Positions 13,935-27,164 of a stretch of DNA of 64,000 nucleotides are shown piece by piece. How positions within the stretch are numbered: the first letter of the stretch is position 1; each line of letters opens with the position of its first letter. Location: positions 191,270,001-191,334,000 of the forward strand of contig NC_042997.1 in the NCBI RefSeq assembly GCF_006345805.1. Direction: 5' to 3'. This DNA comes from Octopus sinensis. Taxonomy: Eukaryota. A program made the position numbers and the translations under genes. The notes beneath the pieces were generated by a model. It did not search any database. It saw nothing but the letters and a program-made list of their open reading frames with translations, and was not told the origin of the DNA.

Positions 13935-14205
13935 GTCTATCTAGGACAGGTAAAACTCCCAAGATTCACAGGTGAGTTCTCTCCAGCGGTCTTTGTCTCT
14001 TATCATTGCTGTCATGTCCTGTGTCTCCCAGAGGTCAGTGTCTGTCCTTAGGGCATCAACATATGTCATCCTCAGGCTCCCTTTCTTAGTATGTCCGTGT
14101 AGGGGCTCCCACAAGAGCATACGGTGTAGTATCAACTCTGAATGATGCTGAATACGTCCAGCTAACCTCAGTCTCCTCTGTGTTATTTTCGAGCTAACTA
14201 CTGAG
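13935..14205 (-). mobile_element. RTE-clade LINE C-terminal remnant
   Basis: KITQRRLRLAGRIQHHSELILHRMLLWEPLHGHTKKGSLRMTYVDALRTDT..RDKDRWREL. Confidence 0.7.
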
Positions 14206-14994
14206 AGGCTTTATTTACATTATTTACATTCGATGGATATTTGTCCTCATCTTGTTTATTGTTAACACTGATGTTTGTTTACATCCCATAATAAGTACTG
14301 GAGTGCAATTTGTTCATCGAAACCCTTCAAGGCAGTGCCCCAGCATGGCCACAATCCAATCACTGAAATAAATAAAAAATAAACCAAAACAAGGATACTC
14401 CCATTGAATCCAACCAGATGGTGAGTCTAGATGTCATAAGCCTGTTCACAGTTTAAGTATGAACCACAGTGTCAGCTAAGCAGACTGAGGAAACCAATCA
14501 GAAACTATAAATAGCATTTTGAATTTAAGAGGAGTTTATATATAGTTATTCAATCTGCAAGAAACAGCAGCCAAATTTCTCACAAATTACATTCTATCAT
14601 TTTTAAGAGAACACAAAATACTGTAATTGCTTTTTTGTTTTTTGCTGTTGTTTTTTCATCAAGATGTTCTTTCATACCTCAATTTAATAGAGGTATAATT
14701 TCTTACACACAATGTAACAAAAGTAATTAACATTCAAATAAATACAGAATTTCAATTCAGAAAACAAACAAAAAAAAACACTTATAAATATTAAAACTGT
14801 AAAAGAAAATATAAAAAAAAATAGCAATAACATCATGGAAGAGCTATTTCAACCATCTAAAAACTAATAAATTCATTTTTAATTTATTCCTTGCAGTGTC
14901 CAAATTTTTGTCACAGAACTGGAACCTGATCACTGAACTGTAGCTGGTGATCAAATTGCAGCTGAACGATGAAAATTTTGATACCTTAGGAAAT

Positions 14995-15375
14995 AAAAGG
15001 AAAGTATATTTTACATATTTCGTTTTTGGATTTGGTTTGTAAGATTCTTCATATGAGTTCATGTGTTGAAGCATATTCTCTTGTGTCTGGGGAGAGTCAT
15101 TTTCTTTTTGTGCCTTATGATTTAACACACTCACCGGTAAAATTTCCACTTATTTCTTATTTTTATTTTCTTAAAAATTTTCATTGTATCTTGCAACCTT
15201 TTCAATAGTCAAGACTATTAAAAAGGTTGCAAGAAGCAACAAAAATTTTAGGAAAATAGAAATATGAAATAAGTGGAAATTTTACCAGTGAGTGTTTTAA
15301 ATTATAAGGCACAAAAAGAAAATGACTCTCCCCAGACATGACAGAACATATTTTACATAATAAGAATTTTAAAAA
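14995..15375. mobile_element. Palindromic fold-back MITE family (ggggagagtcattttc...gaaaatgactctcccc)
   Basis: Self-complementary around agtcaagact. Other full or half copies at about 22243, 25328, 29712, 30221, 57008, 59735 and 60380. Confidence 0.8.
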
Positions 15376-15674
15376 CTAAGAGATATGAAATAAATCATTT
15401 TTAATGGCGCAACTCAAAGTAGATAAATCAGTATCAAGAATCATCATTTCCCATTATCTCTGCCAGTCACAGAATGTGCACTGACATGTGTATGCTATTG
15501 GACACATCTCATGTTAGTCATACTCTTCCATGCTGACTTAGGGCATGTTGGGAAAAGATATTAATTTTGGAGTTTTCCTCCTCCTAGATAGATTGCTTTC
15601 ACCACAGCTGAGGAGCACAATCTAACCTTACAAAAGTCTATTTAACCCATAGACAGGACCCTGAGAGATACTAC

Positions 15675-16072
15675 AAGGGGCTAAACATAGAGGGGACAAA
15701 CAAGGACAGACAAAGGTATTAAGTCGATTACATCGACCCCAGTGCGTAACTGGTACTTAATTTGTTGACCCCGAAGGGATGAAAGGCAAAGTCAACCTCG
15801 GTGGAATTTGAACTCAGAACGTAACGGTAGACAAAATACCTATTTCTTTATTACCCACAAGGGGCTAAACACAGAGGGGACAAACAAGGACGGACATAGG
15901 TATTAAGTCGATTACATCAACCCCAGTGCGTAACTGGTACTTAATTTATCGACCCCGAAAGGATGAAAGGCAAAGTCGACCTCGGCGGAATTTGAACTCA
16001 CAACGTAACGCAGACGAAATACCGCTAAGCATTTCGCCCGGCGTGCTAACGTTTCTGCCAGCTCGCCGCCTT
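15675..16072 (-). mobile_element. Nin/Deu-like SINE, dimeric
   Basis: Two tandem units; 14-bp TSD ctgagagatactac at 15661-15674 and 16073-16086. Confidence 0.85.
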
Positions 16073-16530
16073 CTGAGAGATACTACCATTCTGAATCAAG
16101 ATGTACCTGGGAGTAAGGGTTATTAAAGGGTGATTCCACACTCCATACAACCCCAGAACTGGAATCTCATCATCAAATGCAGTTTAATATCCTACCAGTA
16201 TGTAGAATATTGGGTTAAAAAAATCCTTGGATGGAAAAAAGTTGAAGGCTAGCCATGGGACTCAAACCCACATCTTCTGTGAACATGACAGATGTGTTAC
16301 CATTACACCAAAGTAACACTTCAAATTTTTTCTATCTGTTTCAGAAGCTTTGTCCTTACCAGCGAGAACACTATGTTGTCTACATCATAAGAATTCTAGA
16401 AACTTTAAAACATATGAAATAAATCATTTTAAATGGTAGAACTTAAAGAAGATAAAGCTATAAATAATATTAGGGCAACTTTCAATGTTTTTTCCATCCC
16501 AGGGCTTTTCAACTCAATATTTTATATGCT

Positions 16531-16868
16531 ACTAGCACTATGACCTGGCATGCATATACAGCTGTGTGCGTGTGCACATACACGCGAGTACTGTCCAAAT
16601 CTCTGACCAATCACATACAGCTAGCTGGCATTCAATTGGTGTATCAAGTTTCGGGCAATTTGATTGGGTTTTGGATAGAAAATTCACAAAAAAGTCACAT
16701 CTATTGATTTTTTTAATGGCTTTGCGGGGTAACTGGGGAAATGTAAAGATCTGCATGACTACCCTTGGACGGTTTTGAATGACCATAGAAAGTGCGAGCC
16801 CTCTAACTGAAAAATTGTGGATTTGTATAAAGGACACACACACAGACATTTTGCCGTTTATATATAGA
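16531..16868 (+). mobile_element. Helentron/HINE-like element, different family
   Basis: Starts ACTAGCAC and ends (ca)n-gacattttgccgtttatatatagag. Confidence 0.45.
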
Positions 16869-17051
16869 GCGATTAGTTTATAGTTTTATCTACTTAAAAA
16901 TAGTTAATTTAACAGTTTTTGTGTATTTTTAGATAACTAAAATGGTTTTTCCATGATGTAACTGCTTTAGTTTCCACATATTCATTTCCAACCAAATCAC
17001 TTGCTAGAAAAGTACAACCTCTAGAACATAAATAGTAGTTTGGAAACTTAC

Positions 17052-17624
17052 TTTCAGAACATTTAGGATCATTTGTTGATGGACAGCCATTGTATACAGA
17101 CCCAGTTGAGCTGGCCAAAGTTAGGTCAATATTTGGACCAGACATCAAACAACCAGTAAAATTGAATCCCACAAGCAGCGCTGAACCATTTTGTAGTTTA
17201 ACATTCCAAAGATTTTGGTTGAAAGAGTCGTTTGCAATTAATTTTTTAAACAATGTGTCAGCTCCTTTCTGCACTATAATTGAAAGATTGCCCAGGAGAT
17301 ATTCAAACTTTACAAAATACCAGGCATCGTTATTTAAATTCTCACCTACTGTCACATTAGAAAGAGAACTGTTTATTTGCCATTCAAGGTCCAAAACTCC
17401 ATTGTCCAGTGATAATGTTAAGCTGTTTCCAGTAGCACCAACTTGATGAAGTAATTTTCCATTGGAACAAGTCCGAAAAGAAAGTCCAGAATTTGACTTA
17501 AGCTGCCAAATTTGAGATATATTGAGAAAGCCTGATGCATTTAAATACACATTGTTTGATATAGTAGTGGAGGATGATGATGATGTCTTTACTGGAGGGA
17601 GAAAAAAGGTAACCAGTAGAAGCC
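17052..17624 (-). CDS. crb: Internal coding exon of Crumbs: end of signal peptide plus N-terminal laminin-G-like domain (573 nt, phase 1-1)
   Basis: Acceptor tttctttattttcag|GG at 17624 and donor GAA A|gtaagt at 17052. Open frame xG-LLLVTFFLPPVKTSSSSSTTISNNVYLNASGFLNISQIWQLKSNSGLSFRTCSNGKLL...LNNDAWYFVKFEYLLGNL...LIANDSFN...LLVGFNFTGCLMSGPNIDL...VYNGCPSTNDPKCSE. This parallels the Drosophila Crumbs N-terminus as I recall it (YFNGSTYL..SAISFRSCRGGEIL..LDNRWHTLQFKYEYGNL..IFANSTYN..LILGNSFSGCLLDGPGL..VFGHCP..PCS). It has 8 N-glycosylation sequons. Confidence 0.88.
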
Positions 17625-18420
17625 CTGAAAATAAAGAAAAATATATATAAATATTGAACTCTCATATTAACAATAATAAATGTGGTCAGTTTAAGTGAAC
17701 AGGTTCCCAAAATATTTTGTCATGCAAAAATCATAAAACCCATACCTATATTCTTTGGAGAACCCCTGTTACCCTCACCTCCACCCCATCCCAATTTCAA
17801 GAAAACATTAAATGAAACAAGAACTGTTTGTGGGGGGGGGGGTTCAAAACAGAAAAAAAATTATATATAAAAAAATATAACTTAGCAGTTCAGTGAAAGA
17901 GACCAATAGAGTAAATACAAGACTTCAAAGAACAAAATAAATACTGGGGTTAATTTGTTTGACAAAACATTTCAAGATAGTGCCACAGTATAGCCATAGG
18001 CCATTGACTGGAACAAGTAAAAAGTAGATAATAAAGATAAATAACCACCTGAGTATTAAAGCAGAATGGTGGAGGATAATACATTGGGCTAACCGGCTCA
18101 TATATGAAGGATTCAACTCTACATCAGGTGTTTTTCAATAGAACCCTATTCTGTAATATTTTATTCACCAAACTATTGAGACCAGCTACCAAGTGGTCAA
18201 CACAGTCAATCATTCATTAATACATTCCTTCCTCTGTTCATAAAAGCCATACAAATTCAAACAGCACTTTGAGTTACTGGGGTACCACTGAAGATTTTAT
18301 AGCTAGTTGAAGAGAGGATTACACTAAAATATATGTTAGGAAACAGTGTAAGACAGTGGTTCTCAACCAGGCCCCACATAAGATTTTGTTGTTAAAATTT
18401 ATGTGCAATAAATTCTACAA

Positions 18421-18728
18421 CAGTGGCAGACTGGATCTAAAAATATTAGTTTCTAGGAGACTAAGGGGGCTCACCTGCAACTACAAGGGGGCCCACCCAC
18501 AACTACAATGCTATAATTTAATTTTTTTTTCTTTTAAGTATTCTTTTCAACTGTCTACAAACACAGGCTGAAATAATTAATGCCTTCATCCAGAAGTGAA
18601 TAAAAAAATTCTCAAAATTGATGGGATGGGCCCCTTAGATACTAACATGGGCCTCCATATATGGATTCTAATGGCACAGGGGCTCACTTGCCATTGGGCA
18701 AGCTGGCAACCTGGTCAGTCCGCCACTG
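18421..18728. mobile_element. hAT-type MITE nested in another CAGTGGTTCTCAA-type hAT MITE (about 18354-18888)
   Basis: TIR cagtggcagactg/cagtccgccactg; perfect 8-bp TSD ttctacaa. Confidence 0.8.
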
Positions 18729-19293
18729 TTCTACAATACATAAAATATTTCAATTCCTAATAATATTTAATTATAGATATACAGTAGGATAGTTTTTTTT
18801 ATATATATCAAATGTATATGGAGCTCCAGTGGAGAAAAACAGGCATCAAAAGGGGTCAATAGGAAAAAAAAAATGGTTGAGAATCACTTCTATAAGGTAA
18901 TTGGATATACTGAATATAGAAATTATAAGCTGTGGACAAGATATCAGATTTTAATGGGGTACCTTTTTGGAAAAAGTACACTGAATTTAACTGTCATCTG
19001 ACAAGGCTACATTTCAAAAGGCTTTTAATACAGCTAGCCTTCTTATTTTATAAAATATAAATTATTATTACCTTTTACTTTTAACAACCAGAAACTGTGA
19101 CAAAAAGTAGAAGTGATGTGCTAAAGTCAATATTTTTACACAAACTGAAACTGGAATTTCAGAATGAAAGTGGGCTGTATATATTACACACACACACACA
19201 AACACTACACACACATATATACATACATACATGTATACATACACACACACGCACATATACCCACATCTACATATATATATATGTGTGTGTATC

Positions 19294-19350
<57 letters not shown>

Positions 19351-19972
19351 AGGTATATATTTATTGATAAACACTTTCTTTCAAGTAGGGTTTGCGTAGA
19401 TGTATAAAAGAAGCATGAGAAAGTAATAAAAATGTGAGAATTTCATTGTGTAAACTCCGTGTTATTAGCGTAAACACTGTTTAACAAGTGTAAACACATT
19501 TACATATTTATAATTAAACTGTAGTTGGCTCATCTGCAAAAATATATATCACCCAAAACTCTCCCTTCTAAAATGTGAGTAGTCATGTAACTCCTCTACT
19601 TCAAGAAACCTATTCTAATCCTGCCCTTTTTTCTTATACTTTACCCCTCTCTATTCTCCTTATTCTCCAAGCATAGAGTTGTCTCCCCCTCATCTCGGGG
19701 TTTGTCGTCTTACAAGCTGCATTGCAACCTCACATGTGCTGGTTGCATGAAAAATGTACCTGGTGCATGTTGCAGAGTGCTTGGAGTTAGGAAGAGCATC
19801 CAACTGTGAACTTTAACATCTGTTTTGCATGCTGGCATGGTTGGACAGTTTGATAGGAAAATGTACCTATGCTAGTGTCACATAAAAAAGAACTGTGCCA
19901 GTTCCACATAGAAAGCAATGGTGCCAGTGCCAAATAAAAAGCACTCATGTTGGAGCCATGTAATAGCACTGG

Positions 19973-20250
19973 GGATCTTTACCTTTTGACCGACAGATTT
20001 AAAATATAATTTTTTGTAACTAAACACTTTCAAACTTCGGACACTGGTAGAATGTGTCATATAAAGCATGTTTTACTCTTAGCATTTTTGAGAAAAACTT
20101 ATATTTACGAAGATATTTCACCTTAAAGTTCTCGTATTTCAGTAATTTCAACCAATCAATGACGTGTATTCAGCTGAATAAAATTACTGACAAAAAATAA
20201 TTTCAAACATGACATTCCTAAACAAAAGTTTGATTAATATATAAAACTGC
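19973..20250. mobile_element. Diverged partial copy of the GGATC-TIR MITE family
   Basis: ggatctttacc...ctaaacacttttcaaacttcggacactggtagaatgtg matches the family body. Confidence 0.6.
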
Positions 20251-20599
20251 TTTTCACAGATAAGGGTAATGAAATTTTGACTGGATATATCTGATTTCCA
20301 CAGTTAGAGGACTATCAATGAGTCATTATGACAATTTTACACCTTTATTTAGAGTTGTCTGAAATGTATAAATTTACATCCTTGTAGTTTTGGCAAACAT
20401 TCTTAAAACGTATCTTTCCCTAGTGGACATAGTTATTAGAGGGGAGATAATAATTTTTTTCATAATTCGTGCGATTGGAAATTAGAATTTGAAATTAAAG
20501 AAAATTGGAAAAGTTACATTTGAAGAATAGTCTATACTCTCAATGAACAGAGTAGTACTTGACAGGATGTGTAAAAGATGCCCACTTCATTTGAGTGTT

Positions 20600-21675
20600 G
20601 AGGATACATTTATATTAAATGGCTCAACTGTCACAATAGCACTGACTGAGGACCTGATAATCTACGTGTTATACAGGAATGTCCAGTTAATTTACAGGGA
20701 GATACAGTAACTGGTGCAATTTATCATCAAAAGGATTGATTGGAGCACTCTGTTTTGACAGTACTGTAACTGGTTCCATTTACCAGAACTTGTTGAGGCA
20801 AGCTGGCAGAAACGTTAGCATGCCGGACGAAATGCTTAGCAGTATTTCATCTGTCTTTAAGTTCTGGGTTCAAATTCTGCCGAAATCGACTTTCCCTTTC
20901 ATCCTTTCGGGGTCGATAAATTAAGTACCAGTTATGCACTGGGGTCGATATAATCGACTTAATCCGTTTGTCTATCCTTGTTTGTCCTCTCTGTGTTTAC
21001 CCCCTTGTGGGTAGTAAAGAAATAGATATTTCCTCTGTCTTTACGTTCTGGTTTCAAATTCCGCCAAGGTCGACTTTCCCTTACATCCTTTTGAGGTCGA
21101 TAAATTAAGTACCAGTTACGCACTGGGGTCGATGTAATCGACTTAATCCCTTTGTCTGTCTTTGTTTGACCCCTCTATGTTAAGCCCCTTGAGGGCAATG
21201 AAGAAATATGAACTTGTTGAGGCAATCTAACATGTCAAGCATTCAAAGAGGACCTCGAAGATGTGGAATTTTATTCTCAGCAAGATGGGGACCCTTCATG
21301 CTACTATAGTAATGTAAGGACGCTAAGGACGTACCTTGATTAGATTTTAACAAATAGGTGGAATGGATGAAGAATTTCAGTAGAATATCCTTCGCATTCA
21401 CTGGACCTCATATCAGTAGATTTTTAAGGCGATACATAAAAGATAAGTTTACAAAATAAAACTAACAACAGTTGAAGAATTTGGGTACAACCGTTGAACG
21501 AGAATACGTTCAAATAGTGAACAAAATGCTTCTTGATGTTTGCAATCCCATTACTTCGTGTTATCAACAATGTCTGGACCAGAAAGTCCATCAGTTTGAA
21601 AAGAGACGTCCATAAAATAATTAAAAAACACTGACTTTAAAAGCAATGTCTGTGCGTTTCATCGGACACCCTGTG
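20600..21675 (+). mobile_element. Degenerate Tc1-like transposase fossil with 3' TIR, interrupted by a SINE
   Basis: [24 protein letters not shown]..[SINE]..FYSQQDGDPSCY..NRWNG..EYPSHSLDL..CYQQCLDQKVHQFE; it ends in ggacaccctgt. Confidence 0.75.
20801..21209 (+). mobile_element. Nin/Deu-like SINE, dimeric, inserted in a Tc1 fossil
   Basis: 16-bp TSD gaacttgttgaggcaa at 20786-20801 and 21210-21225. Confidence 0.85.
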
Positions 21676-22504
21676 TGTACGTACATACATATATGCATGC
21701 ATACGTTCAATTACATCGATGAAAAGTTATGACAGCCATTTAAAACACATCTAGTTATTATTCACTTTTGTCAAATAAAGTGTCAAAAAGTTCCGCTGTG
21801 CATCTGCAACTTGGACAATATGACGTAACATTTTGGCATTTTTAACTGCAGAATACTATCAAGAAATTAAAACAAAAATGAATGTGTGTGCGTGCGTGTT
21901 AGTCATGAATTTCTCTCAGGTTTCTTTCGCAGTTTCAACAAACGATTTCAGAATAAAATCGTTTGTCAAACAATCTCTGAAATATATAGGCTAAGACTCG
22001 GCTATAATAACAAATATCTACGTTAGTTTGTATCAGAGTTGTACACAGCCGAGTTAGGATTCTTGATTTCAACATTTTCTTAATTTTCCATTCATAGAAT
22101 TTAAGTATTTGATATATAACATTTAAACATGTACATCTTTTAGAACATTGTCATTTTACAAGATTTTGCTGGCAAATTCTTAAATTAACATAAATATCTA
22201 TTTATATGAAAGAAAATTACCGGAAAACTTTCTTCTAATTCTGTTGTGTCTGGGGAGAGTCATTCTCTTTTGGTGCCTTATTATTTAACGCACTCACCGG
22301 TAAATTTCCACTTTTTTCTTATTTTTATTTTCCAAAAGTTTTCGTTGCGTCTTGCAACCTTTTCAATAGTCTTGACACTAATTCTTTCTATTAAATCTGT
22401 ATTTAAACCATTTGTGGGGAATTCTTTTTTATCATAACTGGTCGCCCACCGCAAGATTTAACTGAACCTACTGAAGCAAGCCAGTACGCTCGTAGCATTA
22501 CCAC

Positions 22505-23470
22505 AGGCGATGGAGAGGCTAAGGCGTTGGGGGAGCCAGGTGCCCTCACAAGCATCACCTGACATCTCGGTGAGACGAGTTACCAATACTCTTTACTCTT
22601 TTGCTTGTTTCAGTCATTTGACTGTGGCCATGCTGGAGCACCACCTTTAGTCGAGCAAATCGACTCCAGCACTTATTCTATTGGTTTCTTTTGCCGAATC
22701 ACTAAGTTATGGGGACGTAAACACACCAGCATCGGTTGTCAAGTGATGTTGGGGGGGACAAACACAGACACACAAACATATATACACACACATACATATA
22801 TATATATATACATATATACGACGGGCTTCTTTCAGTTTCCGTCTACCAAATCCACTCACAAGGCTTTGGTCGGCCCGAAGCTATAGAAGACACTTGCCCA
22901 AGGTGTCACGTAGTGGTACTAAACCCGGAACCATGTGGTTGGTAAGCAAGCTACTCACCACTCAGCTACTCCTACGCCTGTGTTGACAAGGATTTCGCGT
23001 TTAGTGGCCCAGTCCCTCCGAACGTCTCAAACACCACATGTTGGTAGAGACAGTTCACTGTCAGGTCCCGATACTTCAGAGTTTTCTTCCGTTCGGCTAC
23101 GGAAGCAGTGACCCTCCCATTAACTGCAGCATCCAGAATGTGGAAGGGAGTAAAGGAGTTGCAGACTGTGGTGTCCTAAATGAGGCACCTACCTCTAACC
23201 CAGGGATAGAGGGTAAGACCATCTGGTCTCTTTCCAGAACTGAGGGGATATTAATCCGAACCAGGGCCCACTAAATGATTAGGTTTAGCTCGGTGTAATG
23301 AGCGAAGCTACTAGCATTTAGGCAGCAAGACAGACCGTGAAGACCTGTGGGGTTGAGAGGCCTACCACAGTGACATCTCAGTCCCTTACAGATGTCAGCT
23401 CCTACTCTGAGTGCTCTACAGATGCGGAATCAGTGGTGGCTCGTGTATAAGCACTGCGGACCTGCAGTAC
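22505..23470 (-). mobile_element. CRE-clade non-LTR retrotransposon remnant (CCHC knuckle plus restriction-like endonuclease), interrupted by a SINE
   Basis: With frameshifts and stops: ALRVGADICKGLRCHCGRPLNPTGLHGLSC..HYTELNLII..ALVRINIPSVLE / GKRPDGLTLYPWVRGRCLI*DTTVC..TASVAERKKTLKYRDL..VFETFGGTGP..[SINE 22590-22980]..LVTRLTEMSGDACEGTWLPQRLSLSIACGNA. Confidence 0.8.
22590..22980 (-). mobile_element. CORE-like SINE inserted in the CRE remnant
   Basis: Splits the RLE-coding sequence between ..KSLST and LVTRL... Confidence 0.85.
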
Positions 23471-24215
23471 CCCCTATTTCCACTCGATATTATCAATAAC
23501 ATTCAATACAATGAATCCTTTTTTTTCTTTAATTCTTATGTATCTTTTTTTTCCAGACAGTTTTTTTTTCTTTAGTTTCAGCTCAGAGCTGCGGCCATGC
23601 TGATGCACCGCCGTTTGATGAAAGGCAAAGTCAGCCTGAGCAGAATTTGAACTCAGAACACGAAGACAAGTAAAATGCAGCTGAGCATTTTGCCCGGTGT
23701 GCTAACAATTCTGTCCGCTCACTGCGTTGGTAAAAATTGATGAAAATTTGGCCGCTATTTTTAGTAGATTGAGTGACAACGTAGAAATTCCCTTATATAT
23801 AGAGATTGGTGTTGTGAAACTCTTGATGTTGGAGAAACTCAACAAAATAACAAAAATAAAAGGGAGGAGAAGGTTGAAGAGAAAGACTGGTTCGACAGAA
23901 AAACACTTGCTACATTCCTAAATACTTGAGATGTTTGGGATTTCACATTTAGAGAAAAAATGTGTAAACTATTGGAAATGTGTCAATAATAATAATCGCT
24001 ATTATTCTTTCTTAAAATAATAATAAAGATTTCTTTTATTTACTACTAGGGTGATGGATGTAGGTCAGTCAAAGACATAACTGTGATTGTTTTTGAAAAA
24101 AGGATGTAGTTGAGTACTTGATTGTTATTTATTTTGACACTTCAAGGTGACTCAGAATATAAAGAGGTAAAAATAAATAATTTTTTCTACTATAGGCACA
24201 AGGCCTGAAATTTTG

Positions 24216-24767
24216 GGATCTTTTCGGTTTGAACGGCAGCTTTTTCTAGCGGTGTCATATGAAATTGTCACCCATAATTATGACCCTAGTATCGATCTAT
24301 TGCATTTCAATCTGTTTTAGTGTTAGGGTTAGGGGTGAGTGGAAGGGTATCTTTTTTTTCTTCAGAAATGTAAATAAACCCAATCTGTTTCTTAAACGAG
24401 GGACATATTCATACGGCGCAGAATGTTTTCTACTTCAATAGACGTCATTGATTGGTTGAAATTGCAGAAATTGAAGAAAAAAAAACAAATATCTTACAAA
24501 CTATAGAATTTTCTCAATAAAGCCAAGAGAAAAAGATGTGATCTTTTCGGTTTGAACGGCAGTTTTTAACGTTTCTAGGTAACTAAAAAAATTTAAACTT
24601 CGTATACTGGTAGAATGTGTTTATAAAACATCTTTTTCTCTTGGCTTTATTGAGAAAAAAGATCCAGATGATGTTTTATAAATACATTCTACCAGTATAC
24701 GAAGTTTAAAAGTGTTTAGTTACGTGGAAATTATTTTAAAAAACTGCCGTTCAAACCGAAAAGATCC
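24216..24767. mobile_element. Same GGATC-TIR MITE family with an internal nested partial copy
   Basis: TSD aaattttg on both sides; an extra TIR-bearing segment lies at about 24540-24666. Confidence 0.85.
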
Positions 24768-26244
24768 AAATTTTGGAGCAGGGAACTAGTTGACCTCGAA
24801 AGGACTAAAGGAAAAATTAATTTCGACGGAATTTGAACTCAGAATGTAAAACTGAAAGATATTCCGTTAAACATTTTGTCTAGCGTACCAACGACTCTCC
24901 CGGCACATCACCTTAGAGGTGAAAATAATTCATGGCATTTCTTTCAGTACTTTAGCAGTTTTGTAATTCACAACGGTTACTAAAAATAATATTTTTACTA
25001 ATTTAAGCATATGACTAGCGATTTTAAGATGGGGGAGATTAATCGATTACATCAACCTTAGTACTTGACGGCTAATTTATTTTATCGACCTAAGAGGGAT
25101 AAAAGACAAAGACGGCCTTGGCGGTATCTGAACCCAGAACAAAATACTGCAAGGCATTTTTCCGACACTAGCAATTCTACAAATCCCAAACATGTCCGTA
25201 ATTTTTCCCGAAAACATACATATACAGCAATATTTCACTTAACGATCTCCTACTTTAACGAACTTTTGGAATTTACCTATTATCGAAAGCCATTTTTTTA
25301 TATTCACAAAAGGATTAATAAATAAACTATTTTTCGTTTTTGGATTTGGTTTGCAAGATTCTTTATATGAGTTCGTGTGTTGAAGCATATTCTGTTGTAT
25401 ATGGGGAGAATCATTTTCTTTTTGTGCCTTAACACACTCACCGGTAAAATTTCCACTTATTTCTTATTTTTATTTTCCTAAAATTTTCGTTGCATCTTGC
25501 AACCTTTTCAATAGTCAAGACTAAAAATAAGAAATAAGTGGAAATTTTACCGGTGAGTATGTTATATTATGGGGCACAAAAAGAAAATGACTCACCAGAC
25601 ACAACAAAATAAACTATTACAATCATAAAACGGATGTAATAGTTGATCGGCAGACTTTCGGAATAGCTATCACTACCTCATGGAGAAGGAAAATGGCAAT
25701 GAATTGAGATGATTGTTTCATAGTTTATTTACTAATCCTTTTGTTTATTGACTTCGAAAGGGCTTCAACTAAGATCATTATCAGCCATTCGGTTGATTGT
25801 GTCATTTCACTAAGCCTAGTAATAATAAGTACATACTTTTTTTATGCAAACAATATTACATACAAAAAAGTCTAAGAAAATAAAACTACGAGTACTCCAG
25901 TATCCCATAACAACATCAATTCAGTAACTGAATCGCACTGAAGAAATAATAATCACCTGACAATTGGTTCTTTATTTACTACAAAGTCGGCGAATGGGAA
26001 ACATAACGAACATTAATTTCAAAACTGGATATTTCTTTATACAACGAAGGGAAAAAATAGACGAGTTGAAAAGAAAAATATTAAAATTATAGGCATTGTA
26101 ACAATGCCAAATTATGAAATGTAGAAATATATATATACATCCTAAAAGATGAGCAACCATGAAAATAAAATTCGGGAATCCTACAAGTCCCCCCAGCTGC
26201 CCTTCAATAGCAAAGTAAATGCTTTCTTCTTACTATGAAATTAC

Positions 26245-26299
26245 AGGTGAAAATTAAGTGGAACCATCGTGTCATGCTAGGCTCACAACTCTCACCCAT
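26245..26299 (-). CDS. Candidate first coding exon of crumbs (MGESCEPSMTRWFHLIFT, phase 1)
   Basis: In-frame ATGs at 26299 and 26275 and a phase-1 donor ACC T|gtaatt. Splicing to 17624 gives MTRWFHLIFTWLLLVTFFLPPVKTS, a textbook-looking signal peptide. The donor is only moderate and alternatives exist. Confidence 0.3.
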
Positions 26300-27164
26300 A
26301 TTTCAGCATATTTGCTGGAAGGCAGACTTCCTTCTCCGCTAACGTCTTTCTCTCTTCGAGTAATGTAAAAGGTTAAAGGTGTAGTCTTAGAATAAAAACC
26401 CTGCTTTTAGTTACCTCCACAACACCACCTCGTTCACCATAATCACCAGATACAGGAAAACTGCCTGTCTTTCCTTGCCAACTGATAATAATTTCTAACA
26501 TGAGCACAAGACCAAGAAATCTGGTGGGAGCAGAACAGTCGATTCTATTGATCCCCAATACTTGATTGACATTTTATTGAATCAGGGGGCAAAAATGAGA
26601 GAGAAAAATGTCAAAGGAAAAAAACGTCACAGAAACAAGAACGCCTTTATAACTTGCGTGTATGTTTACAGGAGAACCACAAGACAAAGTTTCTTCTTGG
26701 CGTCAGCTGGACTATTCGTCTTAGCATTAAAAATACTGAATATACACGTAATGCCACGATACCATGTAAGGTGTTGTCAATCCTTGTATATGTCATGTAT
26801 TGTCAGCAACTGACTTAACACTTTTTTTTTTGTCCTATTGTCTGGATTTGCTTATGAAATTGAATAAAAGGGTTGGGGTTTTTTTCCACGAATAATGGCA
26901 TCATAAATCATGTACAAGTCATATACTGTCAGTTAATAACTGATTTATAATAGCTTTTGTTTTATTATCTGAATTGTTTATAGTATTTAAATAAAACGAG
27001 GCTTTTCCCTAGTTATTATTGTGACTTTTTTCAAGACACCATTTTACTTTAATGATCCTAGAAGAATGAAAGGCAAAGTTGACATCGGTAGAATTTGAAC
27101 TCGAGACTCGAAAGAAGCTGAAACAAGTATCACAAAGCATTTTCTCGCTGTCAAATGATTTTGC

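Noticed and set aside
16361-16380. Possible crumbs microexon near a ctg|gtaagg donor
   Set aside because: No polypyrimidine tract at the candidate acceptors, and the 20-nt length gives no frame-symmetric exon.
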